DNA of 61,147 nucleotides from NCBI GenBank assembly GCA_964462425.1, contig CAYWYD010000009.1, forward strand, positions 1 through 61,147. The letters run 5' to 3'. The first letter of the stretch is position 1. Each line of letters begins with the position of its first letter. The translations under genes were made by a program, and so were the position numbers. Positions 50,791 to 59,385 of the stretch are shown here, piece after piece. Origin of the DNA: an uncultured Thermoplasmata archaeon. GTDB taxonomy: Archaea > Thermoplasmatota > Thermoplasmata > Halarchaeoplasmatales > Halarchaeoplasmataceae. Below the pieces are notes generated by a model that saw only the letters and a list, made by a program, of their open reading frames with translations, searched no databases and was not told the origin of the DNA.

Positions 50791-51792
50791 TTAAATATTT
50801 CTCTCGACGAACGGACACACCTTCACGCAGGTCGAACAGTCGCTGCCGTTCTCTATCCAGTACTCATAGCACTTTTCATGATCCACGGCCCATCTTTTGA
50901 TACCCTCGTTATTCGATCTGTTGATAGTCTCGAAGGAAGGTTCTTTTTCCGAGCTAATAGCGTTCGCTTCACAGGCCTCTGCACATCTACCGCAGTCCTT
51001 ACAGAGTTCTTCAACGCCGAAACTGATCGGTTTATCAGCGGTTAAGGGCATATCTGTAAAAACTTTACATAATTTGATACAGGGACCGTACTCGGGCGTG
51101 ATCAACAGTCCGTTTCGACCCAGCTCTCCCAAACCGGCATCGACAGCTAGTGGTATACTCAGAGCGGTGTCGTTGCCCATCGGTATCGCTTCGTAACCTA
51201 ACGTTCTTATGAATTCTGCCAAACATCCCATGGTGAAAGCCATCTTCGAGTATCCTAAACCGGATTCGATCCCGGCGGGGAAAGCGGGAGACCTGTTTAC
51301 CATCTCAGGATTCAGCTTTATAGCCATCACGACAGCATGATCATACCCTTCCGGGATCTCTATCTCGTCACCGTCATAATCACGTGAGTAAAGCCAATCA
51401 TTGTTTATCTCCGTGATACCTACTAGGGAAGCACCGTACATCTTCGCAGTTTTTTTGATTATTTCGCTCATCTCCTCTCTATCTTCGACCTTGAAATCCT
51501 CCATTATCGGTTTGGACATGACGTTGTTCGCATCGTCCAATTTTTCCCAGGAGAAAGCACCGTGGAAATAATCGTAGACCGTCCACGCCCCCATCATCTG
51601 AGCGAACTGGACGGGAGAGTAACCTTCTTCATTTTCATCCATCACCTGGTCGACTTTATCGTACATATCTACATCATAAAAGTCCGCGTGTGGATCCAGC
51701 AGCTTTCTCCCAAAAACAGTATCTCTCTTATCGAATCTAGAATATCTATCTTCATCGACGGTGTAAGTGGGACAGTCGACTTCTTTTACCAT
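50791..51792 (-). CDS. Reductive dehalogenase (RdhA-like) cobalamin/2x4Fe-4S protein
   Basis: GASLVGI, FIR.LGY.A, AGLGELGRNGLLITPEYGP, TD.PL..DKP, CxxCxxCxxxC and C...CxxCxxxCP. Confidence 0.85.
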   Translation of the reverse strand: MVKEVDCPTYTVDEDRYSRFDKRDTVFGRKLLDPHADFYDVDMYDKVDQVMDENEEGYSPVQFAQMMGAWTVYDYFHGAFSWEKLDDANNVMSKPIMEDFKVEDREEMSEIIKKTAKMYGASLVGITEINNDWLYSRDYDGDEIEIPEGYDHAVVMAIKLNPEMVNRSPAFPAGIESGLGYSKMAFTMGCLAEFIRTLGYEAIPMGNDTALSIPLAVDAGLGELGRNGLLITPEYGPCIKLCKVFTDMPLTADKPISFGVEELCKDCGRCAEACEANAISSEKEPSFETINRSNNEGIKRWAVDHEKCYEYWIENGSDCSTCVKVCPFVERNI

Positions 51793-51837
51793 ATCTATGA
51801 TCTCATATTATCAAAAGACTATAAAGATTTTGAGTGC

Positions 51838-51986
51838 TTATCTCGAGTGGATCTTCCATTCATTGATCAACAAAACCGTGGCGATCGAGGTAATTGTTAG
51901 TGAGAACATAAACCGGGCACCGCGGCATCTACAGTATCTTCCTTACTGGTGTTTTCATCTAGTTCTAGAGTCGGATGTAAATCCAT
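51838..51986 (-). pseudogene. Frameshifted PGF-CTERM-like remnant
   Basis: MDLHPTLELDENTSKEDTVDAAVPG, then restoring one T gives FMFSLTITSIATVLLINEWKIHSR*. Confidence 0.45.
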
Positions 51987-51994
51987 ATCCCCTA

Positions 51995-52537
51995 TCACTT
52001 ATCCGATATGTCCCTTCCCCGTTTCCTCAGATGACTTTTGATAACTTCCATCACTTCATCTGGATTCTTGGTCGAGAAGGCGATTTCTCTAACGAACCCT
52101 TCGTTCAATGAGATCACCACGCGAGGAGTACCGATCACGTTGTAACCGGTTCTCCATTTACCACCTACTCTTGTAAACCGGATACCGTATCCTCCGTATC
52201 TGATCGCTGAACTCTCATCGACGTGGCAGTTTTCGATCCTCTCCCAAGGGACCTTTTTCCTAGTGATTCCATACCCGACGCTCAATCCATCAGAGGTGAT
52301 CTTGATCTTCAATCTCGAAAAATTGCCGGTGATCAATAAGAACAATAAGAACATCCCGGGCCAGAACCATCTCGAGAGAGGATCGCTCCAGCTTAATCCG
52401 ACGAGGAGATCATAGGCCCAGATCAAAAGGAATATGGTCGTGATAGAGCCGAGTAGAAGCGTCATCCATTTCGAAAAGATGGTCTCTTTGTAAGTTCCCG
52501 TATCTATACTGCTTTTCCACTTCTCCTCATCCGACAT
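51995..52537 (-). CDS. Membrane protein, 2 TM plus PH-like domain
   Basis: Two TM helices, then W..IE...YGGYGIR and FSTKNP. Confidence 0.75.
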   Translation of the reverse strand: MSDEEKWKSSIDTGTYKETIFSKWMTLLLGSITTIFLLIWAYDLLVGLSWSDPLSRWFWPGMFLLFLLITGNFSRLKIKITSDGLSVGYGITRKKVPWERIENCHVDESSAIRYGGYGIRFTRVGGKWRTGYNVIGTPRVVISLNEGFVREIAFSTKNPDEVMEVIKSHLRKRGRDISDK

Positions 52538-52784
52538 GGTTTTTAATTAGATGACCGAGTGTTTATATCTTTTGTTTGCATTTTTTTCTCATTTTTCACC
52601 ATCTCCTCCTCAGTAAGAAATCGGGAAGATCATCGGATCGACCATCTCGCTCGGAAGATATGAGCGATTGAACCGATAGTGAAGATCTGCTAGATAAGGC
52701 TAGTTTGACGACTCTTTCTTTTGAACTCTATTAATATATTATCTCTACAAAAATTTAATATTCCTAATGACGATACGATAAAAC

Positions 52785-53390
52785 ATGAGAGGATGGTTCA
52801 AGTCAACCGTAGGCGGACTATCGTCCATCGGTTTTTTGTTGATGGTCGCAGGTTTCATCGTCTCCGGGGTATATGGAGCAGTGATGGCTGCATCTGGAGC
52901 GGGTTTGATCGCTGGGACAGTGATCGGCGATCAAATCGACGGTGCGGCGGGAACCCTGGTAGGAGGTGTCGGTGGTTGGTTCTCTGCGATGAGTGTCGGC
53001 TTGATAATCAGAGGAACCTTCAGTGGACTGATCGGAGGTATTATGGGTGCCTTCATCGGGATGTTCTTAGGAGGTCTCATGGAGAAGTTAAAGGAGGAAG
53101 AGGACATCGATTGGTTCTTCGGTGTCGCCAGCGGAACGATATGTGGCGCTCTCGGCGGATTGTTCGCTTTTAGCTACTTAGGCTTCGAACTTTTGGGCGC
53201 TCTCGGTCTTTTTGCGGGAGGAGGTTTTGGAGCACTTCTGATGGGTATCGTAGGAGCTCGCCATCCTGCCTCCGGGATCTGTATCCTGATCGGAACGATC
53301 GTCGGGATATGTTTGGAAAGCACTATAGCCGTATCCCTGGGCTTCTTCATCGGTTTATCTATCGGGCTTCTGGTAGAGAACGTGGTGTGA
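52785..53390 (+). CDS. Glycine-rich (glycine zipper) membrane protein
   Basis: Dense GxxxG repeats, hydrophobic. Confidence 0.7.
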   Translation: MRGWFKSTVGGLSSIGFLLMVAGFIVSGVYGAVMAASGAGLIAGTVIGDQIDGAAGTLVGGVGGWFSAMSVGLIIRGTFSGLIGGIMGAFIGMFLGGLMEKLKEEEDIDWFFGVASGTICGALGGLFAFSYLGFELLGALGLFAGGGFGALLMGIVGARHPASGICILIGTIVGICLESTIAVSLGFFIGLSIGLLVENVV

Positions 53391-53589
53391 TCATTTAGAG
53401 AGTTAATTTTGTCCCTACCTTCCTGATAATAAGAAAAACTCGTATAAGAGCATTATAAGGGTTGCTCCGGACCTACTTTTGAAGGACGTTATAAGGATTT
53501 TCTAGGAGATGCAGTAACGAAACATTTTTATTTATCGTAATTATCTAATATGCCTAATGGAAGTTAGGGATAGGCTAAAAAGGTGATCC

Positions 53590-54507
53590 ACGATCGAAAA
53601 AGAAATAGACGTGGAAAGAGCGCCTAAAGAATTACAGGAACCCCTCTACCAACAGCTCAAAAGAGATGAGGATTTTCAGGTAAAAAGTAAGGGGGAAAAG
53701 CAGATCGAGACAAAATTCGGCTCATTATGGTCCTCGAAGGATGATAAAAGAGGTACTGCCGAGATCGAATTTGAAGGGGATAAAACAGCGGTGAAAATAG
53801 ATTTCGATTTTCTAGGCCAATGGATGTTAGCGAGTTTGCTGATCTATATTCCTCTCTTGCTCGTGGTGGGTCTTTCCCTGTTTGGAGGTATATATCCTAT
53901 CACGATCGTATTCTTGATCATCCTAGTCTTATTTATCAGATATCATCATTCGACTTTTCAAAAAACCGCTGACAATTATCATTCCAAACTGAAAAGTATA
54001 ATGTTTGTTATCCAGAGTGAAGAATTCGAGTTCTGTCCTAACTGTGGTCAAGACGTGGATATTAGCAGAGGAGAAGGACCGACAACATGTCCAAGATGTG
54101 GTTACGAGTTCAGAGGTGAGAAGGAAAAGAGACCTCCTCCATCTCAACCTGATGCATCCCAGCAATTTTTTGATAGAAAGAGATCTCGAGAGAGACCGAC
54201 CGGAGTCAGCATCCTCGCGATACTCCACGTATTAGGGGGTTTGTTCTCCTTATTGGTCTTGACTGCTCTACCATCAGTATCATATTTAGCTCAGATTTTA
54301 GGGACCATAGGCACCGCTATCGTGCTTGCCGAGGCCATAGGTAGCTTTGTGGTGGCTTACGGGCTGTGGAACGGTATGAAGTGGGCTTGGATAGGGGCCA
54401 TCATATTCGCTATAATAGGTCTACTCAGCCTTGGTCTAGGAACTATCGTCAGCATCCTTATCTTGTTCTACCTCTTCAAAAAAGAAGTAAAGGCATACTT
54501 CAGATAG
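53590..54507 (+). CDS. Membrane protein with central zinc ribbon (possible ACG start; otherwise GTG 53611)
   Basis: CPNCG..CPRCG, RPTGVSILAIL membrane domain; RBS aggtga 53581. Confidence 0.7.
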   Translation, partial: TIEKEIDVERAPKELQEPLYQQLKRDEDFQVKSKGEKQIETKFGSLWSSKDDKRGTAEIEFEGDKTAVKIDFDFLGQWMLASLLIYIPLLLVVGLSLFGGIYPITIVFLIILVLFIRYHHSTFQKTADNYHSKLKSIMFVIQSEEFEFCPNCGQDVDISRGEGPTTCPRCGYEFRGEKEKRPPPSQPDASQQFFDRKRSRERPTGVSILAILHVLGGLFSLLVLTALPSVSYLAQILGTIGTAIVLAEAIGSFVVAYGLWNGMKWAWIGAIIFAIIGLLSLGLGTIVSILILFYLFKKEVKAYFR

Positions 54508-54605
54508 ATCGTTATTATATGCGGAAAAAGAGGAGAAAGGTTATTATATTGCAATTCGATAAAGATCCGAGACGGATCGTAGAATAGATTGAAGATGGTG
54601 ATATA

Positions 54606-54971
54606 ATATCGACGACCTTAAAGGAGATATACGATAGAGAAGAATCCGAGAGGAAAGCTCGCAACGCCATGTTGTCCATGGTATTTGCGCTGTTGTTCAT
54701 GTTCTTCCTGCCTCTCTTAACTAGTCTTATCCCCTCTGTATCTTATATGTTGGAATTCTCCTTGACTATCGGCTTGGGTATCTTCCTCGGAGGATTAGAT
54801 ATTTTGACCTGCGACAAGCACGACTCCGCTCTACCTAGAGGAGGCACTATATTGATAGGAGGGCTCTCGGTAGGGATGGTCGCAGGGTGGTATGGAGGCC
54901 CTCTAGCCAGTATTTCTATTCTTGTGATATCCGGAACCGTAGGAGTCGTCTGGAGATTAGCGTTTGGATAG
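54606..54971 (+). CDS. Small membrane protein (possible ATA start; otherwise ATG 54669)
   Basis: Four hydrophobic segments; RBS ggtga 54597; frame open from 54588. Confidence 0.55.
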   Translation: MSTTLKEIYDREESERKARNAMLSMVFALLFMFFLPLLTSLIPSVSYMLEFSLTIGLGIFLGGLDILTCDKHDSALPRGGTILIGGLSVGMVAGWYGGPLASISILVISGTVGVVWRLAFG

Positions 54972-55026
54972 ATACGGATGTCATCTTCAAACAAGCTTAA
55001 ATAATCTGCTTACATACTATAATAGT

Positions 55027-55731
55027 GTGAACCGAAAAACCTTGATGGTCTTCGGGGTTGTCCTCCTCATCATCGGATCCGCGGGACTAGTCTTCAGTGC
55101 AGTCCAGATGAGGGATGCAGCGGGAAATCTTCCGGATCCTGAAAAAGACGCTGTAGAAACCCTGAACTTCGATGGAGGGGGATCAAAAACTGTAGATCTG
55201 GAGGAAGGTGAATACGAGATATGGACAGACGAACAAGATGATTTCGAAGAAAGTAATGTCGGTAGTCTAGAGGTCACGGATGAAGAAGGAAACTCGGTGT
55301 TTGAACGAGACGAGAGCCAGAGCATGACCGTCGATAAACCGGGTTCTAGGGAAAAAACATATGAGAAGGTCGGCGACCTCGATATAGCCGAAAGAGGTAC
55401 GTACACCTTTGAGACCGAAGAAGAAGCTACATTATACGTCACAGAGAGCCTGCCCTTTTTCGATTTTTTTGGATCAATATTGATTACGATATTGGTAGTG
55501 ATCGTCAGTATCATCGCCGCCGTTTTAGGAGGTGGTCTGCTGATCTGGGGCTGGTTGGATAAGAAAGATTGTCCATACTGCGGCGAGACCATCCCGAAGG
55601 ACAGTTTGAAATGCGAACATTGTGGCCAAGACTTGACTCAAACATCCTATGAACTGCAGAGCGGGAATGTATCTCAAGAGCAGCCTCCGCCGCCCGAGGA
55701 GGATCGGTCGGGACGAAAAAGAGAGCGGTGA
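55027..55731 (+). CDS. Membrane protein with C-terminal zinc ribbon
   Basis: GTG start 55027, N-terminal TM, second TM, CPYCG..CEHCG. Confidence 0.75.
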   Translation: MNRKTLMVFGVVLLIIGSAGLVFSAVQMRDAAGNLPDPEKDAVETLNFDGGGSKTVDLEEGEYEIWTDEQDDFEESNVGSLEVTDEEGNSVFERDESQSMTVDKPGSREKTYEKVGDLDIAERGTYTFETEEEATLYVTESLPFFDFFGSILITILVVIVSIIAAVLGGGLLIWGWLDKKDCPYCGETIPKDSLKCEHCGQDLTQTSYELQSGNVSQEQPPPPEEDRSGRKRER

Positions 55732-55927
55732 AAGAGTGTTCGACTGATAGACTTTGCATTTCATAAAAAATCCGGTGCTTCTGATGGGCCTGAAAGATCC
55801 GAAAATGTAGAGAAAGAGAGTATATCCATTCAGCCGATTATTTCCTATGTAATAATATCTTGATCTCTAAAAATTAGCAGCGTCGCTGATTCAAAAATCA
55901 TATATTATAGATATCAATAGAAAAAAT

Positions 55928-56944
55928 ATGAAGAAGATAATAACTCTCTCGATCTGCATCCTCATACTTCTTTCTTTAGCCGGGAGTGCGGCGGGAGATT
56001 CCGGTGCGGTCTCTCCCGATTACGAGATATCTGAACCGGGACAGAATGCCGTGATCGGATGGAACGAAACCCATGAGAAGTTGATCTTGAGTACTGATTT
56101 TAGGCGTGATGACGATGGAGAAGAGGTCGCGGTGAGGGTGATACCTTTCCCGTCCCTGCCTTCTGTAGAAAAGAGCGATGACGAAGTCTTTGAAGAGGTC
56201 GATGATATACTTTCAGGTCTGTTGGAGTCAAGAGAAAGGACGGGAGATGAAGGAGCTATAGGTGCCGACGGTAATGGGGATGATGTAAAAGTCGAATGGA
56301 CCACCGATATAGGCAGCCACAATGTAACAGCCTACCGGGTGAACTCTTCCCAAGTTTTTGGAGAGCTGGTCAAGAGTAAATTCAAGTCAGAGGATGTAGC
56401 GGATTGGGAGATGGACGAGGATATAGAATCTGTGATCAAGGATTACCTCGAGAGAGACCTGAACTATTTCGTTATCGATATAGTGGATTTTGAAGGCGAA
56501 GGGGGTAAAGTAGTTCCTCTAATGTATGAGTTCCCCACCGCTGAACTCTACTATCCGCTTCTGATAAGCGGTCTGTCCAAAAGAGTTGGGGATGTCAAAT
56601 TAGCGGTTTTCTCGAAGAAGATGATGGATTCCGAGGAATTTGAAAGATCATCTCTGGAATTACAGGCTTATACCTGGCTCGGTAAAGGAGAAGTAAAAGA
56701 AGTGTCTGAAGAGCTTTCAGGGATGTTTGAAAAGGATAAGATAGGGTTCACGTATTTCGCCTATTTTGGATATGACCTTCAGTCTCTTAGAGACATATCG
56801 ACTTCATCTTATAAGGACTATCCTTCAAAGCCAGATTATGCACCGTTCCTAGCGGCGGTACTCTTCGTGGGCGTATCTACTGCTTTGATCTGGTACGAAT
56901 TGAAATACAAGGATGACAAAAATCTAAGAGAGGAGCAGGGATAA
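55928..56944 (+). CDS. Secreted protein with C-terminal TM (DUF2330-like)
   Basis: Signal peptide, QNAVIGW..E.LILS, PFPS.P, YYPL, C-terminal TM. Confidence 0.7.
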   Translation: MKKIITLSICILILLSLAGSAAGDSGAVSPDYEISEPGQNAVIGWNETHEKLILSTDFRRDDDGEEVAVRVIPFPSLPSVEKSDDEVFEEVDDILSGLLESRERTGDEGAIGADGNGDDVKVEWTTDIGSHNVTAYRVNSSQVFGELVKSKFKSEDVADWEMDEDIESVIKDYLERDLNYFVIDIVDFEGEGGKVVPLMYEFPTAELYYPLLISGLSKRVGDVKLAVFSKKMMDSEEFERSSLELQAYTWLGKGEVKEVSEELSGMFEKDKIGFTYFAYFGYDLQSLRDISTSSYKDYPSKPDYAPFLAAVLFVGVSTALIWYELKYKDDKNLREEQG

Positions 56945-57552
56945 TGACCGGGAATAAGAAACCGAGTAAATGTCATCTATTGATGATAGAGTTCCTATTC
57001 ACGCCCGTGTTTTTTTTCTTGTTGATAACCGACCTTATAGGCGATAAATTCAGCTTCAAGATAGATCTGATCGTTCTGATCTCTTTCCTTTTCTTTTTTG
57101 GTATCACTCAGATATTGTTCTTAACCACTCTAAAGAAGAGCCCGGTGCTTCCTGATAACAAGATGACAAAACTAACCACCTACGCCGGGATAGTAACTTC
57201 GGTCATTTTCCCTCTTCTGCTTATACTAGCCTTTAAGATATATTTTGATAGTGGGACTTTTACCATATCATTTACGAGATATTACTTCCTCATTGGATGT
57301 TTGATCTGGGCCCTTTCACTTGTTTTGATAGCATATCTTGTGTTCCGTACCTCGACAAAAAGAGCTAAAGTATTCGCTATCGGGGGTGTAGTCCATGCCT
57401 TAGTGATCCTTCTACCCCTAGTTCCCTTTACAAATCATGTTTATCTTCCGGGTGTAGTGGCCTTATTCATTCTACCGGTCTCTATCACCTCAGTTGTCAT
57501 GGCCTTTGTTTCCGGCAGTTGGGTCGATAGAAATATCGAGAGGATAACATGA
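56944..57552 (+). CDS. Polytopic membrane protein (C-terminal zinc ribbon lost)
   Basis: About six TM segments; translationally coupled to upstream gene. Confidence 0.7.
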   Translation: MTGNKKPSKCHLLMIEFLFTPVFFFLLITDLIGDKFSFKIDLIVLISFLFFFGITQILFLTTLKKSPVLPDNKMTKLTTYAGIVTSVIFPLLLILAFKIYFDSGTFTISFTRYYFLIGCLIWALSLVLIAYLVFRTSTKRAKVFAIGGVVHALVILLPLVPFTNHVYLPGVVALFILPVSITSVVMAFVSGSWVDRNIERIT

Positions 57553-57645
57553 AAGATAGGTGAGCCTGATCACTGTAAGAGATGCGGCTATGAGCTGGAT
57601 TAAGATTCGAATTACTGTAAGAAGTGTGGTCGGGAGATAGAGTAG
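57553..57645 (+). pseudogene. In-frame zinc-ribbon relic beyond the stop codon
   Basis: *KIGEPDHCKRCGYELD*DSNYCKKCGREIE*. Confidence 0.65.
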
Positions 57646-57654
57646 CGGATAAGA

Positions 57655-58047
57655 TCAATCTTCTTTCTTTTTGAAAAACAGCCAGTTCTCAGGTTCCTCC
57701 TCGGGTTTGAAACGGATAAGGACGTATTTTCCGTTCAATCTGTTACCGTCGATATCGACTACGATCTTGTTCTCCTCCCATACGATCTCCTCGTATGTTC
57801 CTTCATCCCACAGTTCCACTTTCCCCGCTCCGTATTCACCCTCTTCTATTTCTCCTTCGTAGTGAGCGTAATCCAAAGGATGGTCTTCGGTCTCTATCGC
57901 CAATCTTTTATCCGATGGATCCTTGGACGGTCCTTTCGGTATCGCCCAGCTCTTCAAAACGCCCTCTTTTTCCAACCGCAGGTCGTAGTGGAGGGAGGAA
58001 GCGTCGTGCTTCTGTATCGTGTATATATTTTCTTCTTCATCGCCCAT
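57655..58047 (-). CDS. Stand-alone LigD-type 3'-phosphoesterase
   Basis: [39 protein letters not shown]. Confidence 0.9.
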   Translation of the reverse strand: MGDEEENIYTIQKHDASSLHYDLRLEKEGVLKSWAIPKGPSKDPSDKRLAIETEDHPLDYAHYEGEIEEGEYGAGKVELWDEGTYEEIVWEENKIVVDIDGNRLNGKYVLIRFKPEEEPENWLFFKKKED

Positions 58048-58281
58048 CCGACCTTACCTCTTTAAAAGATGAAAGGGATCATATTTGTAAGTTCGGACCG
58101 AGATCTACTGCATAGATACTTACAAACTGAAGTGAAAGAGAAGTCCAAGGGAAATAGAAGTATAGTCAGATCGCTCAAAAAACGGTGGAGGACCTTCAGG
58201 GACCACTTTTCGATCTCCGGACGGATAGGATATATATCCCGGTAGCTGTATGTTCCTTAGTGTCACATCGGATGTTCGATC

Positions 58282-59364
58282 ATGCTGAAAAATAAGGTGA
58301 TCAAGGAGATAGCTTCAGACTTGAAGATAGATATCTGCAGGGTCACCCACGGTGGCGACCTAGACCCTCAGATGTTGAAGAGAAGGAGTGATTCTGATTT
58401 TTGGCCTCAACCTTTCGTAGAGCAGGATATCCAAAGATCGACAGACCTTTCCCTCCACCTTGAAGGTCTAAGATCGGTCATCGTTACCGGTGTACGTTAC
58501 GGAGATCGAAAAGATGACGATCTCTACCTGTCCAATTACGTGACCAAAAAGGATTATCATGACTTTTTGAGAGAGGAGATGCGGGAACTCGTAGAACGAC
58601 TCCGGGCAAAAGCTGAGGAGAGATTCGAACATAAAATTTTCGTCGATGACGCACCCTTTCTGGAGAAGGCGGTGGCCGCAAGGGCCGGCGCAGGTTTCAT
58701 CGGTAAGAACTCGATGCTCATCCACCCTGAATATGGTTCTTACATCTTTTTAGGTGAGATATTGACCGATTTAGAGATCGAAATAGACGACTCTATCGAC
58801 ACGGACTGCGGCGAGTGCAGCCTCTGCCTCGATAACTGTGAGGGGGGTGCTTTGAAAGAAGCTTATCTCGTACACGGAGATAGATGTATCAGCTATCTGA
58901 CCCAGAAGAAAGGTATCTTGACCGTTGAAGAGCGAAAACGGATGGGAAGACACATCTGGGGTTGTGATAGTTGTCAGGAAGTATGTCCTTACAACGAAGA
59001 CAGATCATCGAGAGATGTTATCGAGGAGATGGAACCTTTCGATAAGGATTTAGAATACTTTTTGAAACTCGATAGAAACAGCCCTCCGTCGGAACTCGAA
59101 GATACCGCGATGCTGTGGAGGGGAAGCAGGATCCTGATACGCAACGCTCTGATAGTAACAGCAAATTTGGAGAGAGTAGAATATTTTGACCTCGTCGAAC
59201 AGAGATTGGAGGATGATTCTCCAGTAATCCGTTTGTATGCGGTTTGGAGCCTTAGCCAGCTCGACCCTGAAAGAGCGAAACCTATCTTGGAAGAACATCT
59301 ACCTGGAGAAACGGACAAAAAGGTCCAAGGAGAGATAAAATTAGTGCAGCGGGAGATCTTATAA
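58282..59364 (+). CDS. queG: Epoxyqueuosine reductase QueG (bacterial-type architecture)
   Basis: DYH, FVD..P.LEK, G.GFIGKN, GSYIFLGE, CGECSLC, CISYLT, WGCDSCQEVCP, HEAT-like C-terminus. Confidence 0.85.
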   Translation: MLKNKVIKEIASDLKIDICRVTHGGDLDPQMLKRRSDSDFWPQPFVEQDIQRSTDLSLHLEGLRSVIVTGVRYGDRKDDDLYLSNYVTKKDYHDFLREEMRELVERLRAKAEERFEHKIFVDDAPFLEKAVAARAGAGFIGKNSMLIHPEYGSYIFLGEILTDLEIEIDDSIDTDCGECSLCLDNCEGGALKEAYLVHGDRCISYLTQKKGILTVEERKRMGRHIWGCDSCQEVCPYNEDRSSRDVIEEMEPFDKDLEYFLKLDRNSPPSELEDTAMLWRGSRILIRNALIVTANLERVEYFDLVEQRLEDDSPVIRLYAVWSLSQLDPERAKPILEEHLPGETDKKVQGEIKLVQREIL

Positions 59365-59385
59365 AGAAGGATCCTCAGTGTTTTT

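Noticed and set aside
51995..52537. Upstream membrane gene as rdhB
   Set aside because: Two TM plus a soluble PH-like domain, unlike the small 3-TM RdhB; the RdhA-like gene has its own TATA-like box
52600..52700. Possible cobalamin riboswitch upstream of the RdhA region (cgggaag)
   Set aside because: Other B12-element motifs are absent and the motif is on the wrong strand for the RdhA gene
53557..53586. ATG...TGA in frame with the downstream gene as selenocysteine or readthrough
   Set aside because: The TGA is part of the RBS (aggtga); no redox-motif context or SECIS seen
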